From: Candidatus Latescibacterota bacterium
Lineage (GTDB): Bacteria; Latescibacterota; UBA2968; UBA8231
Length of the DNA stretch: 64,000 nucleotides
Direction: 5' to 3'
NCBI GenBank assembly: GCA_965203175.1
Contig: OZ241867.1
Span: forward strand, 5,312,001 to 5,376,000
A program made the position numbers and the translations under genes. This document shows positions 1 through 9,520 of this stretch, one piece after another; position 1 is the stretch's first letter; each line of letters starts with the position of its first letter. Below the pieces are notes generated by a model. That model did no database searches. It had not been told where the DNA came from and saw only the letters and a list, made by a program, of their open reading frames with translations.

Positions 1-2
1 CC

Positions 3-1208
3 GAAGCCGACGGCATGTACTTCTGCCTGCACGGGGCCATGGGTTGCACTGAAGAGTTGGACCCGGAGGGCTACTTGCTACAAGAGATTCACCGCAGCGC
101 TGGCCCCGACTTCCCCATCGTGATCTCGCAAGACCTCCACGGCATCCTCACCCACCGCATGTTGGAACACTCGAACGGCCTCGCCATTTATCACACCTAC
201 CCGCACGTCGATTTGGCCGACACCGGCCGCCGCGCCGCGTACTTGCTCCTCCAAGTCCTCGCCGGCGCGCAGCCCGTAGTGGCCCGCGTGCGAGTGCCCG
301 CGCTCGTGCGCGGCAACGAACTCATCACCGCCTCCGGCGTGTACGGAGAGAGCATCCGCTACTGCCAAGCCCTAGAGGAGCAGCCCGACATTCTCGCCGC
401 TGGCATGATGATCGGCAACCCGTTCACCGATGTGCCCGAGCTGTGCTCCCAAGCCATCGTCGTGGCCGATGCCGACCCCGACCTCGCCCGCGGCGAGGCC
501 CTGCACCTCGCCGCTGACTTCTGGGAACGACGAGCACTCATGCAGCCCGACCTCGTATCCGTCGAAGACGCCGTCGCCCAAGCCGCCCAATACAGCGGTC
601 CAGTGCTCTTCACCGACGCGGCCGATGCGCCCTCCTCGGGTGCAACCGGCGACAGCAACGTGCTGCTCCAAGCTCTGCACGCCAACGGCTACTCCGGTCA
701 AGTGCTCGCGCCGCTAGTGGATGCACCCGCCGTGTACATGGCCCACGACGCCGGGCTCGGCGCGCGCATCCACGTGGTTTTGGGCGGCTCGCTCGACTCG
801 CGCTTTGCCCCGCTCGACCTAGAAGTCGAAGTCACCCAACTCGGCGACGGCGAATATCTCTGCGAATCTTGGAACACGCCCCAGCACGCCGGGCCTACAG
901 CCGTGCTGGAAAGCGACAGCCTCACCATCGTCTGCGTCAGCCGCTCGGTACCCTTTATCGATCGCTCAGTCTTTATCGCCCACGACATCAATCCCAAGGA
1001 CTACGACCTCATCGTCATCAAGTCGCCACACTGCCAGTGGCACTTTTTCGACGAATGGGCCGAGATAAACTTCAACACCGATGCCCCCGGCTCGACCAGC
1101 GCGAATTTGCCCACCCTCGGGCACAGCATCTGCCAGCGGCCCATGTACCCCCTCGAACTCGATGCCCCTTTTACCCCGGTCGCCGAAATGTTCGGCACAG
1201 GAGCCTAG
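3..1208 (+). CDS. M81 family metallopeptidase (MlrC-like), 5'-truncated by window edge
   Basis: Frame open from base 3 (EADGMYFCLHGAM). Motifs DGxxxxLHGAM, DLHG, YHTYPHVD, DAADAPSSG and IVIKS are typical of MlrC/M81. Confidence 0.85.
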   Translation, partial: EADGMYFCLHGAMGCTEELDPEGYLLQEIHRSAGPDFPIVISQDLHGILTHRMLEHSNGLAIYHTYPHVDLADTGRRAAYLLLQVLAGAQPVVARVRVPALVRGNELITASGVYGESIRYCQALEEQPDILAAGMMIGNPFTDVPELCSQAIVVADADPDLARGEALHLAADFWERRALMQPDLVSVEDAVAQAAQYSGPVLFTDAADAPSSGATGDSNVLLQALHANGYSGQVLAPLVDAPAVYMAHDAGLGARIHVVLGGSLDSRFAPLDLEVEVTQLGDGEYLCESWNTPQHAGPTAVLESDSLTIVCVSRSVPFIDRSVFIAHDINPKDYDLIVIKSPHCQWHFFDEWAEINFNTDAPGSTSANLPTLGHSICQRPMYPLELDAPFTPVAEMFGTGA

Positions 1209-1212
1209 CTTT

Positions 1213-1974
1213 ATGCCTGCCATCAAACAATCCGTCTGCTTCAATCCCTTCGCCGGCAGCGGCCTCAGCCCGCAGGAACTCGTCGCGGCCGCCGCCCGCA
1301 TCGGCTACCAATCCGTAGAAATGGCGGCCCAAGAACACTGGCCGCTCATCCAAGACCACGGCCTTGCCATTGCCATCGTCTCCGGCCACGCTTCCCTGCC
1401 CGACGGCCTCAACAAGCCCGAAAACCACGACCGCATCGAAGACGAACTCCTCGCCAACATTGACCTCGCCGTTGAATGCGGCATTCCCTCGCTGATTTGC
1501 TTTTCCGGCAACTGCGAGGGCCGCTCCTCAGAAGAGGGCCTCGCCAACTGCGTCGCCGGTCTGCGTCGCGTCACCGGTGCCGCCGAGGAAAAAGGCATTA
1601 CCCTCTGCATGGAATTGCTCAACTCGCGCGTCAACCACCCCGACTATCAGTGCGACCGCACTGCCTGGGGCGTGGCCCTGTGCCGGGCCGTCGACTCGCC
1701 CCGGTTCAAGCTGCTCTACGACATCTACCACATGCAGATCATGGAAGGTGATCTCATCCGCAACATCACCGACCACATCGACTGCATCGGCCACTTCCAC
1801 ACCGCCGGCAATCCTGGACGCCAAGACCTCGACGACCAGCAGGAGATTTACTACCCGCCGATCATGCAGGCCATCGCCGCGACCTCCTACGATGCCTACG
1901 TCGGCCACGAGTACCGGCCCAAGGGCGATCCCGTTGATTCGCTCGAACACGCCTTCTCCGTCTGCGATGCCTGA
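1213..1974 (+). CDS. Hydroxypyruvate isomerase-like TIM-barrel (AP endonuclease 2 fold) protein
   Basis: ATG at 1213 (MPAIKQSVCF). Motifs MELLNS, LLYDIYHMQIMEG, HFHTAGNPGR and VGHEY. Confidence 0.88.
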   Translation: MPAIKQSVCFNPFAGSGLSPQELVAAAARIGYQSVEMAAQEHWPLIQDHGLAIAIVSGHASLPDGLNKPENHDRIEDELLANIDLAVECGIPSLICFSGNCEGRSSEEGLANCVAGLRRVTGAAEEKGITLCMELLNSRVNHPDYQCDRTAWGVALCRAVDSPRFKLLYDIYHMQIMEGDLIRNITDHIDCIGHFHTAGNPGRQDLDDQQEIYYPPIMQAIAATSYDAYVGHEYRPKGDPVDSLEHAFSVCDA

Positions 1975-2776
1975 GATAACAGTCGCGCCCACCGGCGGCG
2001 CGCTCGGTGCTGAGATCAAAGGCGGCGACCTGTCCGCACCGCTGGCACCCGCCCAAGTCGCGCAGGTGCGCCAAGCACTACTCGACCACGGCGTGGTCTT
2101 CTTTCGCCAGCAGCAACTCAGCGATGAGGACCAGGTGCGCTTCACCGCGTACTTTGGCAAACCCGTGCCGCACGTGCGCAAGCAGCGCCCACGGCGGGTC
2201 AAGGAGATTTTCCTCATCTCCAATGTCAAGGAAAACGGCGAGCCAATCGGCGAACTAGGCGATGAACTGATCCCCTTCCACTCGGATCTTTCCTACCTCC
2301 AGCGTCCTGGTACCCTGTCAGTACTCTACGCAGTGGAGATTCCTTCGCAGGGTGGCCAGACCCAGTGGTGCAATTGCACGGCCGCCTACGAAGCGCTCGA
2401 CGACGCTTGGAAAATCCGCCTCAAGGGAGTGCGCGCCGTGCATCGCCACTACGTCGAAGCGCAAAACCCTCCCGAGCACATCGCCCACCCCATCGTCCGC
2501 ACCCATCCCGAAACGGGGTGTCGCTCGCTCTACGTAGGGCCGCACCTGACCAAATACGTCGTCGGCCTCAACCGCCAAGACAGCGACGCCCTGCTCGGCG
2601 AACTGTACGCCCATCTCGAACAGCCGCGCTTTGTCTGGACCCATGAATGGCAAGTCGGCGATCTCGTCCTCTTCGACAACCGCCCGACCATGCACCGCCG
2701 CCTCGCCTTCCCCCCAGACCAGCGCCGCCTGATGAAACGCACTCAAGTTTTCAACGACGAAATACCTGTGGAGTGA
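1967..2776 (+). CDS. TauD/TfdA family Fe(II)/2-oxoglutarate dioxygenase
   Basis: ATG at 1967 overlaps the upstream gene. Motifs FHSDLSY (HxD), HPIVRTHPETG and FDNRPTMHRR. Confidence 0.9.
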   Translation: MPEITVAPTGGALGAEIKGGDLSAPLAPAQVAQVRQALLDHGVVFFRQQQLSDEDQVRFTAYFGKPVPHVRKQRPRRVKEIFLISNVKENGEPIGELGDELIPFHSDLSYLQRPGTLSVLYAVEIPSQGGQTQWCNCTAAYEALDDAWKIRLKGVRAVHRHYVEAQNPPEHIAHPIVRTHPETGCRSLYVGPHLTKYVVGLNRQDSDALLGELYAHLEQPRFVWTHEWQVGDLVLFDNRPTMHRRLAFPPDQRRLMKRTQVFNDEIPVE

Positions 2777-2870
2777 ACACTCTAATTGTATTCGATTAGA
2801 GTGTTGTTTTATCCCCATTGCAACATTGCCAGAATCGTAAAGAAACCAGCACTATCGGCTTGTCCAATGA

Positions 2871-2904
2871 TGCCATATGGCCTATCTTATATGGCAATAT
2901 TGCC
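2871..2904. promoter_or_regulatory. Palindromic operator candidate upstream of xre-res TA operon
   Basis: TGCCATAT (2871-2878) / ATATGGCA (2889-2896) inverted repeat, plus perfect palindrome GGCAATATTGCC (2893-2904), in AT-rich intergenic DNA. Confidence 0.55.
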
Positions 2905-2940
2905 TTAATTCCTTCACGGGAAGGAGGACGATCTCCTACC

Positions 2941-3456
2941 ATGCCTTCGTCGTCTAAGAAAAAAAATAAACCCATAGGCACCTATGTTTGGGCCTCCGAA
3001 GGCGCGAAGCCCTTGGCTACTTCGACCATCAGCGCGGATGCTCCCAACGGCCCTTCTTATGGGGCCTCTGCGGGTCTGTCGTTCAAAGATACCGGAACCC
3101 TGATCCGCCAGCTCAAGCGCGGGCTGCCGATGACCGCTTTTGACGACCTTCAAGGTGCCATGGCCGTACCAGCCAAGACCTTGGCCAGCGCGGCTAATAT
3201 CGCGGTTCGGACACTCAATCGCCGCCGCAAAGAAGGCCGCCTCCAAACCGATGAATCCGAGCGTTTATTCCGCATTGCCGCACTGTACGACCGGGCGATT
3301 GAAGTCTTGGGCGACCAAGAGCGGGCGAGAGCGTGGTTCAAAGAGCCTGTGAAGGCCCTCGGCATGAAGACGCCATTGCAATACGCCGACACTGAGCCAG
3401 GTGCCCGCGAGGTCGAAAACCTCCTTGGTCGCCTTGAGTACGGTGTATTTTCGTGA
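2941..3456 (+). CDS. Xre/MbcA/ParS family antitoxin
   Basis: HTH-like RTLNRRRKEGRL, ESERLFRI, AWFKEP and C-terminal LGRLEYGVFS. GTGA overlap with the RES toxin. Confidence 0.9.
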   Translation: MPSSSKKKNKPIGTYVWASEGAKPLATSTISADAPNGPSYGASAGLSFKDTGTLIRQLKRGLPMTAFDDLQGAMAVPAKTLASAANIAVRTLNRRRKEGRLQTDESERLFRIAALYDRAIEVLGDQERARAWFKEPVKALGMKTPLQYADTEPGAREVENLLGRLEYGVFS

Positions 3457-3923
3457 TCATCCGGGCTTGGCGCATCGTCCAGATGCGCTTTGCGGGTCGG
3501 GCTTTTGAAGGAGAAGGAGCGCGTCTTTTTGGGGGACGCTGGAATCTCCGGGGCACCCCCATCATCTATACGGCGGAATCGCTGTCGTTGGCCATGCTTG
3601 AAATCCTCGTCAACCTCGACTCCGCCGCAACCCTCGACCGGTATCTGAGTATTCCAGTCGAATTTGACGACAGCCTGTGCAAGGTCCTGGCATTGGACGC
3701 CTTGCCCGATAATTGGGCGTCCGATCCGGTGCCGCCAAACGTCCAAGAGATGGGGTCTAGGTGGGCCGCCGCTCGTGAATCCGCAGTGCTCGTCGTTCCC
3801 AGTGCCGTCGTTCCGCAGGAACACAATTTCCTCTTAAATCCACAGCATCCCGACTTCGCGCAAATACGCATCGGTCGCTCTACCACATTCGACTTCGACC
3901 CGAGGCTAATTAGGGGACTTTAA
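3453..3923 (+). CDS. RES domain toxin (NAD+ phosphorylase family)
   Basis: Motifs GEGARLFGGRWN, YTAESLSLAMLE, VPSAV and NFLLNPQHPDF. Confidence 0.92.
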   Translation: MIIRAWRIVQMRFAGRAFEGEGARLFGGRWNLRGTPIIYTAESLSLAMLEILVNLDSAATLDRYLSIPVEFDDSLCKVLALDALPDNWASDPVPPNVQEMGSRWAAARESAVLVVPSAVVPQEHNFLLNPQHPDFAQIRIGRSTTFDFDPRLIRGL

Positions 3924-4041
3924 GGTCAATGCGGTTTAGTTTGCGAATTTCAAACGGAGACAATACCATAATCCCTCGGCAGATCGTCTGTCGAGGACTG
4001 TTCCCTGCTTCAGTTTTCTCTTGCGATCTTAAATAAAAACC

Positions 4042-5016
4042 ATGTTCAAAGCACTCATCTTACATGAGCACTCTGCTCTCATCGAAGAACTCGACGAAAG
4101 CCGCCTGCCCGCTGGCGACGTAGAAATCGCCGTCGCGTATTCCTCGCTCAACTACAAAGACGGGATGATCCTCAACGGCTTGGGCGGCTTGGTCAAAACC
4201 TATCCCCACGTCCCCGGCCTTGACCTTGCCGGCACCGTCGTCCACAGCCAGAGCGACCAGTTCCAACCCGGCGATCAAGTTATATGCACTGGCTGGCGCG
4301 TCGGCGAAATCCACTGGGGCGGATACGCGCAAAAGGCGCGGCTCAAGGCCGACTGGCTCGTGCCCCTACCCGCCGGCCTCACGCTGCGCTCCGCCATGGG
4401 CTTGGGTGCTGCGGGCCTGACTGCGGCCATTTCCTTAGAAGCCCTCGAAGCCCACGGCCTCACACCCGACAAAGGCGAAGTCCTCGTCACTGGCGCGGCC
4501 GGCGGCGTCGGTTCCCTCTCCGTTTTACTATTCGCCGCGCTCGGCTACCAAGTCGCCGCCTCTACCGGCCGCCCCGAACTCGAACCCTATCTAAAAGACC
4601 TCGGTGCCCAGACCATCATCCCACGCCAAGATTTAGCCGAGCCATCCAACAAACCCTTGGAAAGTGCGCGCTGGGCCGCCTGCATCGACTCGGTCGGCGG
4701 CACCACCTTGGCCCGCGTCTTAGCCCAGATGAACTACGGGGGTTCCATCGCCGCGGTGGGCTTAGCCGGCGGTGCCCAATTCACAACCACCGTCATCCCC
4801 TTCTTGCTGCGCAGCGTCAACATCCTCGGCATTGACTCCGTGTTCTACCCAGCCGAGCGCCGCGCTGCCGCTTGGTCGCGCCTAGCCACTGAACTGCCCT
4901 TGGAAAAACTAGATCTCATCTGCACTGAGATCGGTTTAGCCGACGTCCCCCGCCTCGGCAAGGACATTTTAGCGGGCAAAGTCCAAGGCCGCGTCATCGT
5001 CAATCCCAACCAGTAA
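4042..5016 (+). CDS. acuI: YhdH/AcuI family acryloyl-CoA reductase (MDR oxidoreductase)
   Basis: Motifs YSSLNYKD, VTGAAGGVGS, TTVIPFLLRSVNILGIDSV and GRVIV. Confidence 0.88.
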   Translation: MFKALILHEHSALIEELDESRLPAGDVEIAVAYSSLNYKDGMILNGLGGLVKTYPHVPGLDLAGTVVHSQSDQFQPGDQVICTGWRVGEIHWGGYAQKARLKADWLVPLPAGLTLRSAMGLGAAGLTAAISLEALEAHGLTPDKGEVLVTGAAGGVGSLSVLLFAALGYQVAASTGRPELEPYLKDLGAQTIIPRQDLAEPSNKPLESARWAACIDSVGGTTLARVLAQMNYGGSIAAVGLAGGAQFTTTVIPFLLRSVNILGIDSVFYPAERRAAAWSRLATELPLEKLDLICTEIGLADVPRLGKDILAGKVQGRVIVNPNQ

Positions 5017-5029
5017 GGAAAAACACACT

Positions 5030-6010
5030 ATGCGCCGCCTAACGCTTCTACTCCTCAGCCTCGCCGCCACCCTAGCTGGAGCCGATTCCAACATGCCCGG
5101 TACTGACCGCATCACCTACTTCGGCTACGAAGACTGCATCCTCCTCGAAAACGCCCACACCCGCGTCGTCCTCACCTCATCGGCCGGCCGCGTTCTCGAA
5201 TACTCGCGCAAAGGCCCCAACGCCATCTACCTCGACCCCGCGCAAGAAGGAGCGACCTTTGAGGACGGCGATCCTCGCTTCGGCCCTACCGGTGGTCGCC
5301 TCGACATCGGCCCAGAAATGATCATCCCCGCTCATCCAGACCTCTGGCTCGGGCAGTGGGAAAGCCAAATCACCGGCCCGCACTCGGCGCGCCTGACCAG
5401 CAAAGAGGACGAGCCCACCGGCGTCCAGCTCATCCGCGACTTCCAACTCGCCGAGGACTCCACCCACTTAAGCGTCACCCAGACCATCAAAAACGTCTCC
5501 GACAGCGCAAAACACTGGGGCCACTGGAGCCGCACCTTCGGCACGGGCGGCGGCATCGTAATCATTCCCCTGACGCCGAGCCGCTTCCCGGATTCCTATG
5601 TCATGTACGGCCCCGGCCCGGTCATCAACTATCGCCCCGAAGACCCCAACATCCGCATCCGCGACAACTTCCTCGAAGTCCTCTCCACGCCGCTCAGAGC
5701 CAAGCTCGGCATGGACTCGCAAGCCGGATGGTTCGCCTATCTCGACCGCAACGACCTGCTGTGGGTCAAGCGCTATCCAGTGTACCCCGACCGGCCCTAC
5801 GGCGAATTGGCTGGGCTGACTATCTCGATATGGTATTACGAGGATCTGATGTGCGAGTTGGAGCCTATTGGCCCGCGCGAGGATATACCGCCCGGCGGCG
5901 AGGCGTCCTTCACCGAGGACTGGTGGCTCCTGCCCTATACTTACCCCCAAGACGGCAGCGACCTCGACCTCGAAGCCATCAGCGCACTGGTGGAGCGAGA
6001 GGCGCGGTGA
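5030..6010 (+). CDS. Secreted hypothetical protein (DUF4380/aldose-epimerase-like fold)
   Basis: Signal peptide. Motifs GGRLDIGPE, VTQTIKN and ELEPIGP resemble galactose-mutarotase-like DUF4380 proteins. Confidence 0.6.
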   Translation: MRRLTLLLLSLAATLAGADSNMPGTDRITYFGYEDCILLENAHTRVVLTSSAGRVLEYSRKGPNAIYLDPAQEGATFEDGDPRFGPTGGRLDIGPEMIIPAHPDLWLGQWESQITGPHSARLTSKEDEPTGVQLIRDFQLAEDSTHLSVTQTIKNVSDSAKHWGHWSRTFGTGGGIVIIPLTPSRFPDSYVMYGPGPVINYRPEDPNIRIRDNFLEVLSTPLRAKLGMDSQAGWFAYLDRNDLLWVKRYPVYPDRPYGELAGLTISIWYYEDLMCELEPIGPREDIPPGGEASFTEDWWLLPYTYPQDGSDLDLEAISALVEREAR

Positions 6011-6019
6011 GTGTAAAAC

Positions 6020-7231
6020 TTAAGCCGCCAGAATCTTCTCGTACACCGCCATCCGCTCGCCTTCGCGCTCTGCTGGATCGGCTAGCTTGAGCCAGACCGC
6101 CTGATCCTTCTTGCCCGCGGCGACATTCTGTACGGCCCCCGCTTCCTCGGGCTTGAGTCCGCTCCAAATCACCTCGCCGTCCTGTAAAAAGACGTACTTG
6201 TCGGCGTGGGCGTCCAAAATTCGCTCTTGGTTGTCGCGATAAAAAAGCGCCTGCTCGCTGGCCGTCTGCCGCAGCCGCGCGATCTGCTCTGGAGGATCGG
6301 CTTCCGCCGAGTCAAATTCAGCTACCGGCGGCGTCAAACCCTCCATGGCGAAGTCGATTTCGTCCAAGTCCACCGTCCCAAAGCCGTGCTCGGCGGCCAC
6401 TGCCACCGGGCTACGATCGCGGCGGAAGGGCGGCGTCGGCCAATCGAGCCGGGGGTCAGTGCCCATTAAGTGCGAGCCACAGGCGTCAGTGGCAATGATG
6501 TGGTCACCGGCGACCAAGCAGTCGGCGATCCGTCCCTCGCCGCCCCACTCCATGCGCGCCTGACCAGTCAGCCCGTCGATAATGTTGAGGCTGGGCTGGG
6601 CAATCAGCCCGAGGTCGGGCAGGACATACGAGAGGCGGATGACGTGGTGAAAGTACGTGCGCAAGCGGCCGTGCGGCGGGATCGGCGGCAAGCCAAAGAG
6701 GTTTTTCAGGCACAGAGTAATGCCCATAAAACCGTGGTTTTTCATCTTGGCCAGGGAGACAAAGGCATCGGCCTCGCCCAAGGCCGCGGAAAGCTGGTAC
6801 TCGGAAAACATGATCCCGCCGCCGGGCACTTTGTAGCGCTCAAAGGGCGGGTCGCCAGCCTCGACGTATTCGACGCCGAATTCCTCCAAGATCGGCCTAG
6901 CGTTGAAATCGTCTCCCGGACGCTCACCCGGCGGCGCGGCACTGGTGTCGAGCGCGAAAATCTCCGCGTCGCTGCGCTCCCGCAACAGCCGCAGCACCGC
7001 CCGCATCACGTCGTCATCTACCAATTCCTGCCGCCGCCCGCCGATCCGGCGGATACTATTGGTGCGCATCTGCATGTTAATCTTGATGCCGATCCGCCGC
7101 GCCTTTTCGATCTTGGCCCACGACCGGCTCAACGGTGCGGTGATTTCCACCAGCCGGTCGTAGATCTCATCCAGCGACGCTTGGTGGCTACAGTGGGTCG
7201 CGCGGACAGTGTAATCTTTCTGATTGCTCAT
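6020..7231 (-). CDS. DUF362 domain protein
   Basis: Start at MSNQKDY with GGAG RBS. Motifs IKIN, KMKNH, TLCLKNLFG, IIDG and IATD. Confidence 0.85.
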   Translation of the reverse strand: MSNQKDYTVRATHCSHQASLDEIYDRLVEITAPLSRSWAKIEKARRIGIKINMQMRTNSIRRIGGRRQELVDDDVMRAVLRLLRERSDAEIFALDTSAAPPGERPGDDFNARPILEEFGVEYVEAGDPPFERYKVPGGGIMFSEYQLSAALGEADAFVSLAKMKNHGFMGITLCLKNLFGLPPIPPHGRLRTYFHHVIRLSYVLPDLGLIAQPSLNIIDGLTGQARMEWGGEGRIADCLVAGDHIIATDACGSHLMGTDPRLDWPTPPFRRDRSPVAVAAEHGFGTVDLDEIDFAMEGLTPPVAEFDSAEADPPEQIARLRQTASEQALFYRDNQERILDAHADKYVFLQDGEVIWSGLKPEEAGAVQNVAAGKKDQAVWLKLADPAEREGERMAVYEKILAA

Positions 7232-7283
7232 AGCTCCTCCCGATTGTGAATGGACTTGGACAAATTGCACATCACGCCGTCAG

Positions 7284-7313
7284 TTGACAAGAATTAGCGG
7301 CGCTCATTATGTA
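7284..7313 (+). promoter_or_regulatory. Possible sigma70 promoter for the propeller/biosynthetic operon
   Basis: Perfect TTGACA at 7284-7289 with a weak -10 (CATTAT/TATGTA) in the divergent intergenic region. Confidence 0.35.
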
Positions 7314-7357
7314 CCTAAGACGTTTAACCTACACTCCCGCTCTACCAAGGACTAGCC

Positions 7358-9520
7358 GTGCCCAACCTCCGCCTGCAACTTCCCTACGCCCTTCTCGGCC
7401 TCCTCCTCGCCGCTTCCAGCGCCTACTCAGCCGACTGGCCCTCCTGGCGCGGCCCCACGCAAAACGGCGTCTCCGAGGAGACCGGCCTCGTCGCATCCTG
7501 GTCGCCCATCTGGCACGCCGAATTTACTGGCCGCTCGACTCCCATCGTTCTCAATGGCCGAGTCTTTGTCATCGGCCGTCGCGGTGAAGGCATCGAACAC
7601 GAGGGCGTTGTCGCCGCCTTTGACGCCCAAGACGGCACCCTGATCTGGGAACACGCCTACAACATCTTCCACACCACCATCCCCTTCAACCGCGTCGGCT
7701 GGGCCAGCCTCGCTGGCGACCCAGAGACCGGCTACATCTATGCCCATACCGTCAGTGGACTATTCCTCTGCTTCGACCGCGACGGCAAGGTCGTCTGGTC
7801 CCGCTCGCTGACCGAGGAATTCGGGCGCATCTCCGGCTACGGCGGCCGCGTCCACACGCCCGTCGTCGATGAAGACCTCGTCATCATCAGCTATCTCAGC
7901 TCCAATTGGGGCAGCCACACGCCGGGCCGCCACCGCTACTTCGCCTTTGACAAGCGCAGCGGCGAACTCCTCTGGATTGCCACCCCCGGAGGCCGGCCAC
8001 TCGACACCACGTACTCCGTGCCTGTCGTCGCCACCATCAACGGCGTCCGCCTGCTCATCGGCGGCAATGCCGACGGCTCCATCTATGCCATGAAAATTCG
8101 CACCGGCGAGAGCGTATGGGGCTTCAAGCTCAGTCGGCGCGGCATCAACTCTTCGGTCGTCGTCGCTGGCGACAAAGTGTACGCAGCCCACGGCGAGGAA
8201 AACCTCGACAACACCGCCCTCGGCCGCGTCGTCTGCATCGACGCCACCGGCCAAGGCGACGTTACAAACACGCACGAGGTCTGGCGCTACGACAGCGTGT
8301 TCGCCGGCTACACCAGCCCGGTCTTCTACAACGGCCGCTTGTACATCACCGACAACTCGGCCAACATTCACGCGCTCGACGCCGAGACGGGCCAAGTCCA
8401 CTGGATTCACAACATCGGCACCGTCGGCAAGGGATCGCCCGTGCTGGCCGATGGCCGGCTCTACGCGCCCGAGGTCAACGGCCGCTTTGTCATCGTCGCC
8501 CCCGGCCCCGACGCCGCCGAGACGCTCGACCTCGCCGAGATTGCAATGCCCGACGGACGCCCAGCCGAACTATTCGGCTCGCCAGCCGTAGCATACGGTC
8601 GCATCTACCTTTCCACCGAAGCAGGCGTTTACTGCCTCGGCGACCCAGCGGCGCAGTTCAAGGTCGCCACGACCGCAGCTAACTATCCACGCGAGCAAGC
8701 TGCCCCAGACGCAACACCGGCGCACCTGCAAATCATCCCCGCCGAAGTAGTAGCCCAGCCCGGAGCCAGCGTATCGTTCCGCTCCCGAGCCTTCGACGCA
8801 CACGGTCGCCTAATCGGCCCGATCGATGCCGAATGGTCGCTCTCCGGTCCAGTCGGCCAACTCGACGGCAATACGCTTGTCCTCGCGGACGCACCCAGCG
8901 GCGGCAAAATCGTCGCCAACGCTGGCGAATTGACCGCCGAGGCGCGCATCGCCGTGTTACCCCCGCCGACCTACAGCGAAGACTTCGAGGGTTTCGCCAC
9001 CGACGCCTCACCAGCTTGGATCGGTACAGGCACCAAATTCAAGGTGCGCGAAATGGAAGGCAACAAGGTACTCGTCAAGCCGCCCGCCGCTCGTGGCCTG
9101 CACCGCGCCAACACCTACATCGGCGCGCCCGACATGACCGGCTACACCATCCAAGCCGACCTGTTCGGCACCAAAAAGCGCCGCGCCGTCCCCGACATGG
9201 GCCTGATCGCAAATCGCTACACCCTCGACCTGATGGGCTACCATCAACAGTTGCAGATCCGCACTTGGGCCGCCGAACTGCGGATGGCCAAAACCGTGCC
9301 CTTCGCCTGGGAAACCGGCGTCTGGTACACCATGAAGATGCAGGTGGAAATCGAGGGCGATACAGCCCACATCCGCGGCAAGATCTGGCCCCGCGACGAG
9401 CCAGAGCCAGCTAGGTGGAGCATCCAAGCGGTCGATCCCCTGCCCAACCGCAGCGGCAGCCCCGGACTCTACGGCTATTCTCCCGCTGAAATCTACTACG
9501 ACAACCTGAAAGTTTGGTAA
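7358..9520 (+). CDS. PQQ/BamB-like beta-propeller protein with C-terminal Ig-like and lectin/ConA-like domains
   Basis: Signal peptide, DWPSWRGP start, repeated xDxxxGxxxW blade motifs. Then IIPAEVVAQPG (Ig-like) and YSEDFE...WYTMK...IYYDNLKV (ConA/LamG-like). Confidence 0.85.
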   Translation: MPNLRLQLPYALLGLLLAASSAYSADWPSWRGPTQNGVSEETGLVASWSPIWHAEFTGRSTPIVLNGRVFVIGRRGEGIEHEGVVAAFDAQDGTLIWEHAYNIFHTTIPFNRVGWASLAGDPETGYIYAHTVSGLFLCFDRDGKVVWSRSLTEEFGRISGYGGRVHTPVVDEDLVIISYLSSNWGSHTPGRHRYFAFDKRSGELLWIATPGGRPLDTTYSVPVVATINGVRLLIGGNADGSIYAMKIRTGESVWGFKLSRRGINSSVVVAGDKVYAAHGEENLDNTALGRVVCIDATGQGDVTNTHEVWRYDSVFAGYTSPVFYNGRLYITDNSANIHALDAETGQVHWIHNIGTVGKGSPVLADGRLYAPEVNGRFVIVAPGPDAAETLDLAEIAMPDGRPAELFGSPAVAYGRIYLSTEAGVYCLGDPAAQFKVATTAANYPREQAAPDATPAHLQIIPAEVVAQPGASVSFRSRAFDAHGRLIGPIDAEWSLSGPVGQLDGNTLVLADAPSGGKIVANAGELTAEARIAVLPPPTYSEDFEGFATDASPAWIGTGTKFKVREMEGNKVLVKPPAARGLHRANTYIGAPDMTGYTIQADLFGTKKRRAVPDMGLIANRYTLDLMGYHQQLQIRTWAAELRMAKTVPFAWETGVWYTMKMQVEIEGDTAHIRGKIWPRDEPEPARWSIQAVDPLPNRSGSPGLYGYSPAEIYYDNLKVW

